Below are positions 1-8,729 of a DNA stretch of 64,000 bases, piece after piece. The position numbers were made by a program, and so were the translations under genes. Source of the stretch: Candidatus Omnitrophota bacterium (GTDB lineage: Bacteria > Omnitrophota > Gorgyraeia > JACQQV01); NCBI GenBank assembly GCA_016206785.1, contig JACQQV010000046.1, positions 19,512-83,511 on the forward strand, given 5' to 3'. Under the pieces are notes generated by a model. It was not told the DNA's origin. It made no database searches and worked only from the letters and a program-made list of their open reading frames with translations. The first letter of the stretch is position 1; each line of letters begins with the position of its first letter.

Positions 1-932
1 TGAATTTCTCCCCGAGAAAGGGCGGGTTTGAGAATGTTCGAGGCATCGATCGCCCCTTCTGCCCCTCCTGCGCCGACGAGGGTATGCAGCTCATCAATAA
101 AAATAATGACATTCTCGGACCGTTTGATCTCATCCATGACGGCCTTAATCCGCTCTTCAAACTGGCCACGGTATTTTGTCCCCGCCACCATGAGGGCAAG
201 GTCGAGTGTCACCACCCGTTTGTCACGAAGCACTTCGGGGATATCTCCGGCAACGATCATTTGAGCGAGCCCTTCTACAATCGCCGTTTTCCCCACCCCC
301 GCCTCGCCGAGGAGAACAGGATTATTCTTTGTCCGGCGGGCGAGAATCTGGATGACCCGTTCAATTTCATTTTTTCGACCGATCACCGGATCAAGTTTAT
401 TTTCCCGTGAGAGCGCCGTAAGATCCCGCCCAAAGGCATCCAAAGCGGGCGTCTTGGTCTTGTAGGAAGTGGTTGGGGTGCCGGGAGAAGGGGCACCAGA
501 ACCGAGAAGGGCCATCACTTCACTCCGCACCTTGGCAAGGTCCAGGCCCAAATTGAGAAGGACCTGAGAAGCGACCCCTTCCCCTTCCCGAATGAGACCG
601 AGAAGAAGATGTTCCGTACCGATATAGTTATGCCCGAGAGAACGCGCTTCATCCATGGCGAGTTCAATCACCTTCTTCGCCTTGGGAGTGAAGGGAATAT
701 CGCCGGAAACGATGGTGCTCGGTCCGGTCTGCACCAATTTTTCCACTTCTAAGCGGATGTTGTCAGAACTTAAGCCGAGGTTCCGCAGCACCGCCGCCGC
801 GACACCCTCCCCCTCTCGGACGAGGCCTAACAAGATATGCTCTGTCCCGATATAATCATGGTTGAACCGTTTCGCCTCTTCTTTGGCGAGGATGATTACT
901 TTTCGTGCCCTTTCGGTGAATCGATTAAACAT
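1..932 (-). CDS. clpC: ATP-dependent Clp protease ATPase subunit ClpC (5' part; runs off window start)
   Basis: Not in ORF track because truncated. Reading minus from CAT at 930-932 gives [37 protein letters not shown] (Clp N-domain), later [14 protein letters not shown] (Walker A) and [11 protein letters not shown] (Walker B). GGAGG RBS upstream; follows mcsB. Confidence 0.96.
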   Translation of the reverse strand, partial: MFNRFTERARKVIILAKEEAKRFNHDYIGTEHILLGLVREGEGVAAAVLRNLGLSSDNIRLEVEKLVQTGPSTIVSGDIPFTPKAKKVIELAMDEARSLGHNYIGTEHLLLGLIREGEGVASQVLLNLGLDLAKVRSEVMALLGSGAPSPGTPTTSYKTKTPALDAFGRDLTALSRENKLDPVIGRKNEIERVIQILARRTKNNPVLLGEAGVGKTAIVEGLAQMIVAGDIPEVLRDKRVVTLDLALMVAGTKYRGQFEERIKAVMDEIKRSENVIIFIDELHTLVGAGGAEGAIDASNILKPALSRGEI

Positions 933-945
933 GTCCACCCTCCAT

Positions 946-1085
946 AAAATTCCAAATCCCAAATGACAAATGTCAAAGCACAAAATCCAAAATAAATCCA
1001 AAGTCCAAATCACAAAACCTTGTTTGGGTTTTTGTCATTTGAATTTTGAGTTTATTTTGACATTTGGATTTTGTCATTTGTCATT
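946..1085. repeat. Palindromic heptamer-repeat element, family A (CAAA-rich arm / TTTG-rich arm), copy 1
   Basis: TCCAAAT CCCAAAT GACAAAT GTCAAAG CACAAAA... followed by a complementary arm TTTGTCA TTTGAAT TTTGAGT...; intergenic between mcsB and clpC. Confidence 0.85.
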
Positions 1086-2133
1086 GCTTTGATAGCTTAC
1101 CCCGAATAATCGTCGCCCGCTTCAAATCCCGCTGGGAAGCCGAGAGGGTCTTTCCCTCTAGCTTCTGGAGGTGGGCGGGCTGCGTCACAATGAACAGTTC
1201 ATTCAGTAGTTCACGGTTTAAGTCCTTGATGAGGCCCATATCCACACCGAGTCTCACCATCGAGATCAAATCAATGGTCTCATTGCTGGTAATGATATGA
1301 GCATTCTTGAGTGTCCCATAGGCGCGGAAAATACGGTCCTGGAGTTCTGCCTTTTCTTGCGTCATCAATGTCTTACGGGCACCCTGTTCATACTCAATGA
1401 CCTGACGGATGATCCGCTCAATGTTGTCGATGATCTCGATCTCGGTATGACCCAGCGTCACCTGATTGGAGATCTGGAAGAGGTTTCCACTCGCCTGAGT
1501 GCCTTCGCCATAAAATCCCCTTGCCGTGAGGTGAAGCTTCGTGATCATTTGAATGACCTTGTTGATTTGCTTCGTCATCACCAGCGCCGGCAGATGCAAC
1601 ATGACAGAGGCGCGCAGCCCTGTCCCCGTATTCGTCGGACAACAGGTGAGGTATCCCCAGTTCGTGGAGAAGGCGTAGGTCAGATGTTCGCTGAGGCTGT
1701 CATCAATGGTATCAGCCACCCGCCAGACTTCCATGAGATCGAATCCTGATTGAAGGACTTGAATCCTTAAATGGTCCTCCTCATTGACCATGATGCTAAT
1801 CATCTCATTGGGCGTCATGCACACCGCCTTGTGGTCAACATTCACGGCATGTTCTCGACTGATGAGATGGCGCTCGATGAGAAACTGCTTATCGGTCGAG
1901 GTAAGATCACCAAGTTTCAAAAAGAGGGCCCCTTTGAGATAAGGAGAAGTGAGAAAGGTCTTCTTCACCTTTTCCAACACCTCTTCCTCCTGTTTTTTAT
2001 CCGCCCAGTGAGAAAAGGGATAATGGTCAAGATTTCGCGCCAAGCGGATGCGGCTTGAGAGAACAATTTCAGACTGGGGTCCTGTCCCCTTCAACCATTC
2101 ACTCGGTTGTTCAAGAAGGTCGTCGATCTTCAT
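1081..2133 (-). CDS. mcsB: Protein-arginine kinase McsB
   Basis: ATP:guanido phosphotransferase motifs SSRIRLARN, NEEDHLRIQ, CPTNTGTGLRAS, RGFYGEG; lies between mcsA and clpC. Confidence 0.96.
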   Translation of the reverse strand: MKIDDLLEQPSEWLKGTGPQSEIVLSSRIRLARNLDHYPFSHWADKKQEEEVLEKVKKTFLTSPYLKGALFLKLGDLTSTDKQFLIERHLISREHAVNVDHKAVCMTPNEMISIMVNEEDHLRIQVLQSGFDLMEVWRVADTIDDSLSEHLTYAFSTNWGYLTCCPTNTGTGLRASVMLHLPALVMTKQINKVIQMITKLHLTARGFYGEGTQASGNLFQISNQVTLGHTEIEIIDNIERIIRQVIEYEQGARKTLMTQEKAELQDRIFRAYGTLKNAHIITSNETIDLISMVRLGVDMGLIKDLNRELLNELFIVTQPAHLQKLEGKTLSASQRDLKRATIIRGKLSKQ

Positions 2134-2654
2134 GCCTGTTTTCCCGATTTCTTCTCAAGTTCATGAATCTTGTCCCGAAGTCTCGCCGCTTCTTCAAAGG
2201 CCTCTTCCTGAACCGCAATTTTTAATTCTTCTCGGAGTTCCTGAAGTTCGCTTTTTGGTTTCTCCTTCGGCGGCGCCGAAGGAGTCTGCACCGGCATCTT
2301 CTTGGGGGACTTCCCGACATGCTGTCCGGAACCCTGAATCCGCTTCAGGAGTCCCGTCAGACTCTTCCGGAAAGCCTGGTAACACTCGCTGCAGCCAAGT
2401 CGGCCGATCCGCTTGAAATCATCATAGGTCAGTCCGCAATTTAAGCAGGCGATCTTGGTATCCGCTTCCTGCCCAAGCTGCGACCCGAGATCGGCAAGGC
2501 CCGCCAAAAGGTCGGAGAGTCCAAAATGTTGCTCCATCGAGGCCGATTTCTTCCGGGCGCACTCTTCGCAGAGATGGAGCTCCGTCATTTCCTCGTCGAT
2601 AATTTCCGTTAGATGCACCGTCGCCTGATTGGTCTTACAGACATCGCAAACCAT
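2130..2654 (-). CDS. mcsA: McsA activator (CxxC motifs + UVR domain)
   Basis: CDVC, CEEC, CLNC, GRLGCSECY; C-terminal UVR motif EAFEEAARLRD. Confidence 0.95.
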   Translation of the reverse strand: MVCDVCKTNQATVHLTEIIDEEMTELHLCEECARKKSASMEQHFGLSDLLAGLADLGSQLGQEADTKIACLNCGLTYDDFKRIGRLGCSECYQAFRKSLTGLLKRIQGSGQHVGKSPKKMPVQTPSAPPKEKPKSELQELREELKIAVQEEAFEEAARLRDKIHELEKKSGKQA

Positions 2655-2685
2655 GTTAAACTCCGCTCATGAACATTCAGTTTAA

Positions 2686-2762
2686 TTCCAAATGACAAAG
2701 CACAAAATCCAAAATAAATTCAAATTTTCAAATAACAAAACGTTTTGTCATTTGTCATTTTC
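2686..2762. repeat. Palindromic heptamer-repeat element, family A, copy 2 (short right arm)
   Basis: CCAAATGACAAAGCACAAAATCCAAAATAAATTCAAA...TTTTGTCATTTGTCATTT; near-identical to copy 1 left arm. Confidence 0.8.
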
Positions 2763-2763
2763 T

Positions 2764-3654
2764 CTATAGACGGTACCGCACGCCGTCGGTCCGGGTCAGT
2801 TTATGAAATTCCCGCATGATGCGTAAGGTTAAAGGCCCTGGCTTCCCCTTGCCGATCATCCGTCCATCCACCTTCACCACCGGAATCACTTCAGCAGCCG
2901 TTCCGGTCAGAAACGATTCCTCCGCATTAAACACATTGTGGCGCGTTATCACCTCTTCCCGAATGGGAATTTTCTCCCGTCGGGCGATGGCGATGACCGC
3001 CATTCGGGTGATCCCCCTAAGAGCTCCCACATAGGTGGGGGGGGTGAGAAGTTCACCCCCTTTTGCAATAAAAATATTGTCGCCCGTGCATTCCGCCACA
3101 TATCCCGCATGGTTGAGCATGATCGCTTCTTCCTTCCCGGCATTCACCGCCTCGATTTTTGCAAGGATATTGTTCAAATAGTTGAGCGACTTGATCTGAG
3201 GATCCACGGCAGCTGGGATATTTCGCTGGGTCGGCACGGTAATGATCTCGAGGCCTTCCCGATAAAGTTTCCTGGGGTAGAGAACGATCCGGTCGGTAAT
3301 GATAATGATTGTGGGGCGATCGCACTTCCTCGGGTCAAGTCCCAGATCCCCTTCGCCCCGTGTTGTCACGAGGCGAATATACGCATCCTTCAGGCGATTC
3401 GTCTTTAACGTAAGAACGATCGCCTCCGTGAGCTCCTCCCGCGAAAGGGGTATCTTGAGCATCAAGGTTTTGGCCGATTCAAAAAATCGATCAAGGTGCT
3501 CTTTCAGTTTAAAGACAAGGCCCTCGTAAGAACGGATCCCTTCAAAGACCCCGTCTCCATAGAGAAGTCCATGATCAAAGACAGAGACCTTCGCTTCGCT
3601 TTTATCCACCAGTTTTCCGTTGAGGTACACCTTCAGGCGATTGTTGTTCCTCAT
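2764..3654 (-). CDS. ilvE: Branched-chain amino acid aminotransferase (class IV PLP)
   Basis: DHGLLYGDGVFEGIR, IKSLNYLNN (PLP Lys), ECTGDNIF, LRGITR, FLTGTAAEVIPV. Confidence 0.93.
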   Translation of the reverse strand: MRNNNRLKVYLNGKLVDKSEAKVSVFDHGLLYGDGVFEGIRSYEGLVFKLKEHLDRFFESAKTLMLKIPLSREELTEAIVLTLKTNRLKDAYIRLVTTRGEGDLGLDPRKCDRPTIIIITDRIVLYPRKLYREGLEIITVPTQRNIPAAVDPQIKSLNYLNNILAKIEAVNAGKEEAIMLNHAGYVAECTGDNIFIAKGGELLTPPTYVGALRGITRMAVIAIARREKIPIREEVITRHNVFNAEESFLTGTAAEVIPVVKVDGRMIGKGKPGPLTLRIMREFHKLTRTDGVRYRL

Positions 3655-4388
3655 TGCTTCTCCTCGAGACGCCCATCTTGAATGGCAAAGACCTTTGAAG
3701 CGATTTTCGCCACGCCCTCGGCGTGCGTCACAATCAAAAAAGTCGTTTTCAGCGTTTCATTCAGCATGACCATCAGACGAAGAATCCCTTCCCCCGTTTT
3801 TGAATCCAGATTCCCGGTCGGCTCGTCACACAAGACGATGTCCGGCCGGTTCATCAAAGCGCGCGCGATGGCCACCCTCTGCTGTTCCCCTCCTGAAAGT
3901 TCATTCGGATGATGATCTTCCCGATCCCCTAAATCCAACTCTTCCAGAAGCGCCGCAGCTTCTTTCTTCACGGAAGAAAAGGCATGCCTCCTCAAGATCA
4001 TCGCCGGAAGCACGACGTTCTCGAGGGCGGAGAGCTCGGGCAGGAGATGATAAAACTGGAACACAAAACCGAGTTTCTCGTTTCGTAAGTGTGCCCGTTT
4101 CTCTTCTGAAAGGGAATAGAAATCAACCCCTTCAAAGAGAACCGATCCTTCCGAAGGCCGCTGCAGTCCTCCCAATAGGTGTAAGAGGGTTGATTTTCCT
4201 GTGCCCGATCTTCCAACAATAGCAATGATTTTTCCGCGTGGCACCTTTAGATCGATGCCTCGGATGACTTGAATTTCCTCCGCAGGACCCTCAAAAGACT
4301 TATGAAGATCCCTTGCTTCAAGAATAACATCCACCGTTTCTCGCACGCTCGGCCGCTCAGGCAACGTTTCTAAGTAAGGTCTATTCAT
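3651..4388 (-). CDS. lolD: Lipoprotein-releasing ABC transporter ATPase LolD
   Basis: GRSGTGKST, GFVFQFYHLL, LSGGEQQRVAIARA, DEPTGNLD; adjacent to LolC/E permease. Confidence 0.88.
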   Translation of the reverse strand: MNRPYLETLPERPSVRETVDVILEARDLHKSFEGPAEEIQVIRGIDLKVPRGKIIAIVGRSGTGKSTLLHLLGGLQRPSEGSVLFEGVDFYSLSEEKRAHLRNEKLGFVFQFYHLLPELSALENVVLPAMILRRHAFSSVKKEAAALLEELDLGDREDHHPNELSGGEQQRVAIARALMNRPDIVLCDEPTGNLDSKTGEGILRLMVMLNETLKTTFLIVTHAEGVAKIASKVFAIQDGRLEEKQ

Positions 4389-5562
4389 ACCGAAGGGCTT
4401 CCACCGGATCTAGCCGAGAAGCCTGCCATGCCGGATAAAGGGTGGCGAGCCAACTGATGAGGAGTGCCGCAAAGGCGATTAAAAAAGAGTCGCCCCATTG
4501 AATTTCCACAGGAAGTCTTTCAATGTAATAAATATCCTGCGGCAGACGGATAAATGGGTATCGCTTTAAGAAGGCGCAGAGTCCAAACCCTCCCGCAACA
4601 CCCCCCAGGATTCCCACAAGACCGATGAGGAGGCCCTGAATGGAAAAGATGAGGCGGATGGAACGACCGGTACTCCCGATCGACTTCAAGACCCCAATAT
4701 CCTTTGTCTTTTCCATCACCATCATGATGAGGGAACTTGCGATGTTAAAACAGGCCACGCAAACGATGAGGGAAAGGATGATGAACATCGCTGTTTTTTC
4801 AAGCGCCAACGCCCCGAATAGATTCCGATTAAGGTCAATCCAAGTCGTGACCCGATAACGAGGGCCTAAAAGCCGTTCCACCTTCTGCCGGACCTTTTCT
4901 ACTTGGTACATATCGACGACTCGTGCACCGACGCCACCCACCAAGCCCTCCATATGGAAAAGACGACGAGCGTCCCTCAAGGAAACAAAGGCCAAATTGA
5001 GATCGTAGTCGTACATACCGGAGCGGAAGATACCTCCGACACGGAACGTTTCTCCTTTTGTCTTAAAAGAGGAAACGACTCGAAGTTCATCCCCTATATC
5101 GACATTCAACGTGTTCGCAAGTTCCCTTCCCAAAAGAATCTCCTCTGGCCCAAGCGCCATCGAACCTTTTTCAAGGTAACTCTGAATGCGGGTCACCGAG
5201 CTCTCTCTCTTGGGATCGACACCGCGCAAAAGGACCCCGCGGACAGCATCCCCCTTGACCACCATCCCCTGCCCCTGAATATAGGGGGAACTTCCCGTGA
5301 CCTCCTCCACCGAGGCCAGATGCGCCACCACCTCTTCCGGAGAGGTCATCCCCTCAAACGCCTCGATATAGAGATGGGCATTCGTCCCTGCGATTTTTTC
5401 TTTGAGATCCGAGTCAAATCCGCTCATGACCGCAATGACCACGATAAGAGCCATCACCCCCACCGCCACCCCCGCCATCGAAAGAAGTGTTGTCAGAGAC
5501 ACGAAGAAACTCTTCCGTCGACCTAAGAGGTATCGTAGTCCGATAAAGCATTCGTAACGCAT
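4381..5562 (-). CDS. Lipoprotein-releasing ABC transporter permease LolC/E family
   Basis: Start moved to ATG at 5562 (MRYECFIGLRYL); the track's extension reads through the repeat element. Motifs AVMSGF, FNIASSLIMMVMEK, YPAWQASRLDPVEALRYE. Confidence 0.9.
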   Translation of the reverse strand: MRYECFIGLRYLLGRRKSFFVSLTTLLSMAGVAVGVMALIVVIAVMSGFDSDLKEKIAGTNAHLYIEAFEGMTSPEEVVAHLASVEEVTGSSPYIQGQGMVVKGDAVRGVLLRGVDPKRESSVTRIQSYLEKGSMALGPEEILLGRELANTLNVDIGDELRVVSSFKTKGETFRVGGIFRSGMYDYDLNLAFVSLRDARRLFHMEGLVGGVGARVVDMYQVEKVRQKVERLLGPRYRVTTWIDLNRNLFGALALEKTAMFIILSLIVCVACFNIASSLIMMVMEKTKDIGVLKSIGSTGRSIRLIFSIQGLLIGLVGILGGVAGGFGLCAFLKRYPFIRLPQDIYYIERLPVEIQWGDSFLIAFAALLISWLATLYPAWQASRLDPVEALRYE

Positions 5563-5565
5563 AGG

Positions 5566-5704
5566 AAAATCCAAATACCAAATGTCAAAATTCAAAGCAC
5601 AAAATAAATTCAAAATTCAAATTCCAAAACGTCAACCCCGGTTTTGTCATTTGACATTTGTGCTTTGAATTTATTTTGAATTTTGTGCTTTGTCATTTGA
5701 CATT
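5566..5704. repeat. Palindromic heptamer-repeat element, family A, copy 3
   Basis: AAATCCAAATACCAAATGTCAAAATTCAAAGCACAAAATAAATTCAAA...TTTGTGCTTTGAATTTATTTTGAATTTTGTGCTTTGTCATTTGACATT; long imperfect hairpin between lysS and lolC/E. Confidence 0.85.
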
Positions 5705-7184
5705 ACCGTTCTGGTTTTAACTGCGGGAAGAGAATCACTTCCCGAATCGAACTTTGATTGGTGAAGAGCATGGTGAGCCGGTCAATCCCCACACCTAAGC
5801 CCGCCGCAGGCGGCATCCCATATTCGAGAGCCCTTAAAAAATCCTCGTCGATTTTTGAAGCATCTGCCACGCCATCCTGTTGCGCCTCAAAACGTCTCTT
5901 TTGTTCAATGGGATCATTCAGTTCCGAATAGGCGTTTGCCACTTCCATCCCACCGATAAAAAGTTCGAAGCGTTCACAGAGGTTCGGATTCTCTTTTTTA
6001 TTCTTCGCCAAGGGACAGAGTTCCTTAAAATAATCGATCACAAAAAGGGGCTTTCCTTTGGAGCGAGGTTCAAGGAGCTCCTCAGTCAGTTTCACAATCT
6101 GAGACCGTGAGATCTTTCCCTGTACGTTCCGGCCGATTCCCTTCCCCTCCCCTTTCTTAAGCTTCGATGCCCAGACTTCCGTCGAATCGGTGGGGCCAAT
6201 ATCATACTTCTCCTTCAGAAGCGAAGCGAAAGAGACCCGATCCCAGGGAGGGGTAAGATCGACCGATAGGACCGACCCCTCCGTCGTCTGATACGCCAAG
6301 GTGGTCTTTCCGAGAATCTCCTTTGCAAGAAAAAGGAACATCTCTTCCAGAAACGCCATCATGTCCTCATAATTCCAATACGCCGCATACGCCTCGAGCA
6401 TCGTAAATTCAGGATTGTGCCGCGTGGAAATTCCCTCATTCCGGAAACTCTTGGCGATTTCATAGACCTTCTCAAATCCGCCGACGAGGAGTTTTTTGAG
6501 ATACAGTTCCGGTGCCAACCGTAGATAAAGATCCGCGTCGAGGGCGTTATGGTGTGTCTGAAAGGGTTCGCCCGCCGCCCCACCAGGGATTGGATGCAAC
6601 ATCGGTGTCTCTACCTCGAGAAATCCGCGCTGATCCAAAAAGGCCCTCATTTTTTGAATCAGTCGACTTCGTAGGATAAAAACGGCCCGCGCCTCTTCAT
6701 TCATCATGAGGTCGACGTAGCGCTGCCGGTAACGGATTTCTATGTCTTTAAGACCATGCCACTTTTCAGGAAGAGGTCTTAGATTCTTTGCAAGGAGTTC
6801 AAACCGTTCCAGCCGGAGAGTGATTTCCCCTGTTTTGGTTTTAAAGAGAGTCCCCTCCGCTCCCAAGACATCTCCGATGTCGATCTTCGTGAAAAATTCA
6901 AACGCCTCTTTTCCAACAACGTCCTCTTTCAAATAAAGTTGGAGTTTCCCTTCCTGATCGCGCAGGTCGCAGAAACTGGACTTCCCATGGGTGCGGATTG
7001 CCAAAAGCCGCCCCGCGACTTTGGCCCGTTTTCCTTCTTCAAACTGCGAAGTGATCTCCTTAAGAGACCCGCTCCGCTCAAAGCGCCCTCCGTAAGGATC
7101 GACCGGTTCATCATAGAGCCGGAGACCCCTGAAAGCGTCCAATTTTTTGAGCCGTTCCTTGAACAGTTCGTTTATCTCATCCAT
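5703..7184 (-). CDS. lysS: Lysine--tRNA ligase (class II)
   Basis: LPEKWHGLKD, YRQRYVDL, FRNEGISTRHNPEFTMLE, EYGMPPAAGLGVGIDRL. Confidence 0.97.
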   Translation of the reverse strand: MDEINELFKERLKKLDAFRGLRLYDEPVDPYGGRFERSGSLKEITSQFEEGKRAKVAGRLLAIRTHGKSSFCDLRDQEGKLQLYLKEDVVGKEAFEFFTKIDIGDVLGAEGTLFKTKTGEITLRLERFELLAKNLRPLPEKWHGLKDIEIRYRQRYVDLMMNEEARAVFILRSRLIQKMRAFLDQRGFLEVETPMLHPIPGGAAGEPFQTHHNALDADLYLRLAPELYLKKLLVGGFEKVYEIAKSFRNEGISTRHNPEFTMLEAYAAYWNYEDMMAFLEEMFLFLAKEILGKTTLAYQTTEGSVLSVDLTPPWDRVSFASLLKEKYDIGPTDSTEVWASKLKKGEGKGIGRNVQGKISRSQIVKLTEELLEPRSKGKPLFVIDYFKELCPLAKNKKENPNLCERFELFIGGMEVANAYSELNDPIEQKRRFEAQQDGVADASKIDEDFLRALEYGMPPAAGLGVGIDRLTMLFTNQSSIREVILFPQLKPER

Positions 7185-7204
7185 AAGACAGAGTTGGTCG
7201 TAAG

Positions 7205-7233
7205 ATTATATCGCAAGGCAAGATGCGTGTCAA
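7205..7233 (-). promoter_or_regulatory. Sigma70 promoter for lysS and downstream genes
   Basis: Minus strand TTGACA-17 bp-TATAAT, a perfect consensus, 20 nt upstream of the lysS ATG. Confidence 0.8.
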
Positions 7234-7238
7234 CAGAA

Positions 7239-8729
7239 TTAGGAAGTCTGGATTCTGGTAGGTTTCCGCTTCTCTGGAAGAAGTCGCATCAAAAGGGCAA
7301 GACCAAGGCCCAAAACCGTGGCGATGGTGCAGAACCAGGCAAACAGGTCGCCGTGGCGGGAATAGAAGGTCTCCTTTTGGGAAAGAGGAACATCCCACGT
7401 TTGAGAGGCGGTGACAAAGAGGGTCTCCCCTCCTCTTTCCAGATGCCGTAGGATCTCTCCTGTCGGGCCGATCAGGGAGGTATAGCCGGTATTTGTGACG
7501 CGCAGAACAGTTCTTCGGTTTTCAATGGCGCGGAAACAGGAGGCTTGGGCATGCTGAAAAGGGGCTCCGCTTTTCCCGAACCAAGCATCATTCGTCACGT
7601 TGACGAGGAAGTCGGACTCCTTCGCAAGACGGCGCACAAGAGGAGGGAAAATATCCTCAAAACAGATGAGGGTTGAAAAAGTCCCTTTGGGATGGCGGAA
7701 AACCGTCTCCTCTTTCCCCGGATGGAAATCTCCGGTGACAATCCATTCGCGCAGTATCGGAAAGTTTTCCTCAAAAGGAATGAACTCTCCGAACGGCACA
7801 AGATGGAGTTTATCGTAACGCTGAAGGACTTCGCCTTTTCGAAGAAAAAGGGCGCTATTATAGGTCCGGCCCTTCTCAACCCATGGGGCCCCCACCAAAA
7901 GATAGGTCTCGGATTTTTGACTCAACGACAAAAGCCGCTCCCAGAGGTCCTTCTCATCGGGAAGAAAACCGGGGACCGCTGTCTCCGGCCAGAAGATCAC
8001 ATCGGGATGATTGAGCGCCACCCACTCTGTCAGCCGTTCATACTTTTTCATGACAAGATCCTGAACAGAACGGTCCCACTTAAGATCTTGAGGGATGTTC
8101 CCCTGAATCACGGAGGCGCGGAGTGTCGAAGGAGACACGGAAGAAGTGATCTGTTTTCTCCCATAAAAAAAGGAGCCGGAGAAAAGGAGGAGAAAAAGGA
8201 CGATTGAAAAGAAAATGTCTTTTCTCCTTTTCCTCCCTTCCCTCAAAAGCTCATAAAGACAGCCATTCGCAAGCATGACCAGAAACGAGACACCATAGGC
8301 GCCGGTAAGATCTGCCACCTGGATGAGGGGAAGCATGCGCCACTGGGAATAGCCGAGGAGGCCCCATCCGAACCCTGTAAAAAGAGTGCTCCTTAAAAAT
8401 TCAAGAAAGACCCAGAGGGGAGGGATCCAAAGGATCGAATGCCGCCTCAGAAACTTCGTGCCGAGTCCAAAGAGGGCAAAGTAGAGTGAGCAATAAAGGA
8501 CCAGAACGATCGCACCCGCCCATGTGACACGGCCGACCCAATAAAGAAGGCCAAAGAAAAAAGTGAATCCTGTAACGGCTGAAAGCCAAAAGGTCTCTAG
8601 GACGCTCTTGCTTTCGGTGGCAAAGAAAAAAGGGACGAAGGCAAACCACGCGAGGAATTCAAGATCGATCTTCGGGAAAGAAATGCTCAGGAGAATGGCT
8701 GAGAAAATAGAAAGGGCGGCCGCCTTCAA
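7239..8729 (-). CDS. lnt: Apolipoprotein N-acyltransferase
   Basis: N-terminal TM helices, QGNI, WPETA, YDKLHLVPFGE, ICFED, TNDAWFG (nitrilase E-K-C triad). Confidence 0.95.
   Translation of the reverse strand: MKAAALSIFSAILLSISFPKIDLEFLAWFAFVPFFFATESKSVLETFWLSAVTGFTFFFGLLYWVGRVTWAGAIVLVLYCSLYFALFGLGTKFLRRHSILWIPPLWVFLEFLRSTLFTGFGWGLLGYSQWRMLPLIQVADLTGAYGVSFLVMLANGCLYELLREGRKRRKDIFFSIVLFLLLFSGSFFYGRKQITSSVSPSTLRASVIQGNIPQDLKWDRSVQDLVMKKYERLTEWVALNHPDVIFWPETAVPGFLPDEKDLWERLLSLSQKSETYLLVGAPWVEKGRTYNSALFLRKGEVLQRYDKLHLVPFGEFIPFEENFPILREWIVTGDFHPGKEETVFRHPKGTFSTLICFEDIFPPLVRRLAKESDFLVNVTNDAWFGKSGAPFQHAQASCFRAIENRRTVLRVTNTGYTSLIGPTGEILRHLERGGETLFVTASQTWDVPLSQKETFYSRHGDLFAWFCTIATVLGLGLALLMRLLPEKRKPTRIQTS

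Noticed and set aside
946-5704. Repeats as a CRISPR array or CtsR operators
   Set aside because: No constant repeat with unique spacers and no cas genes. The heptamers also occur at lysS/lolC, far from clp promoters, and are long palindromic arrays.
7185-7238. T-box or other leader for lysS (and for leuS at 31977-32017)
   Set aside because: The intergenic space is too short and no T-box motif is visible.
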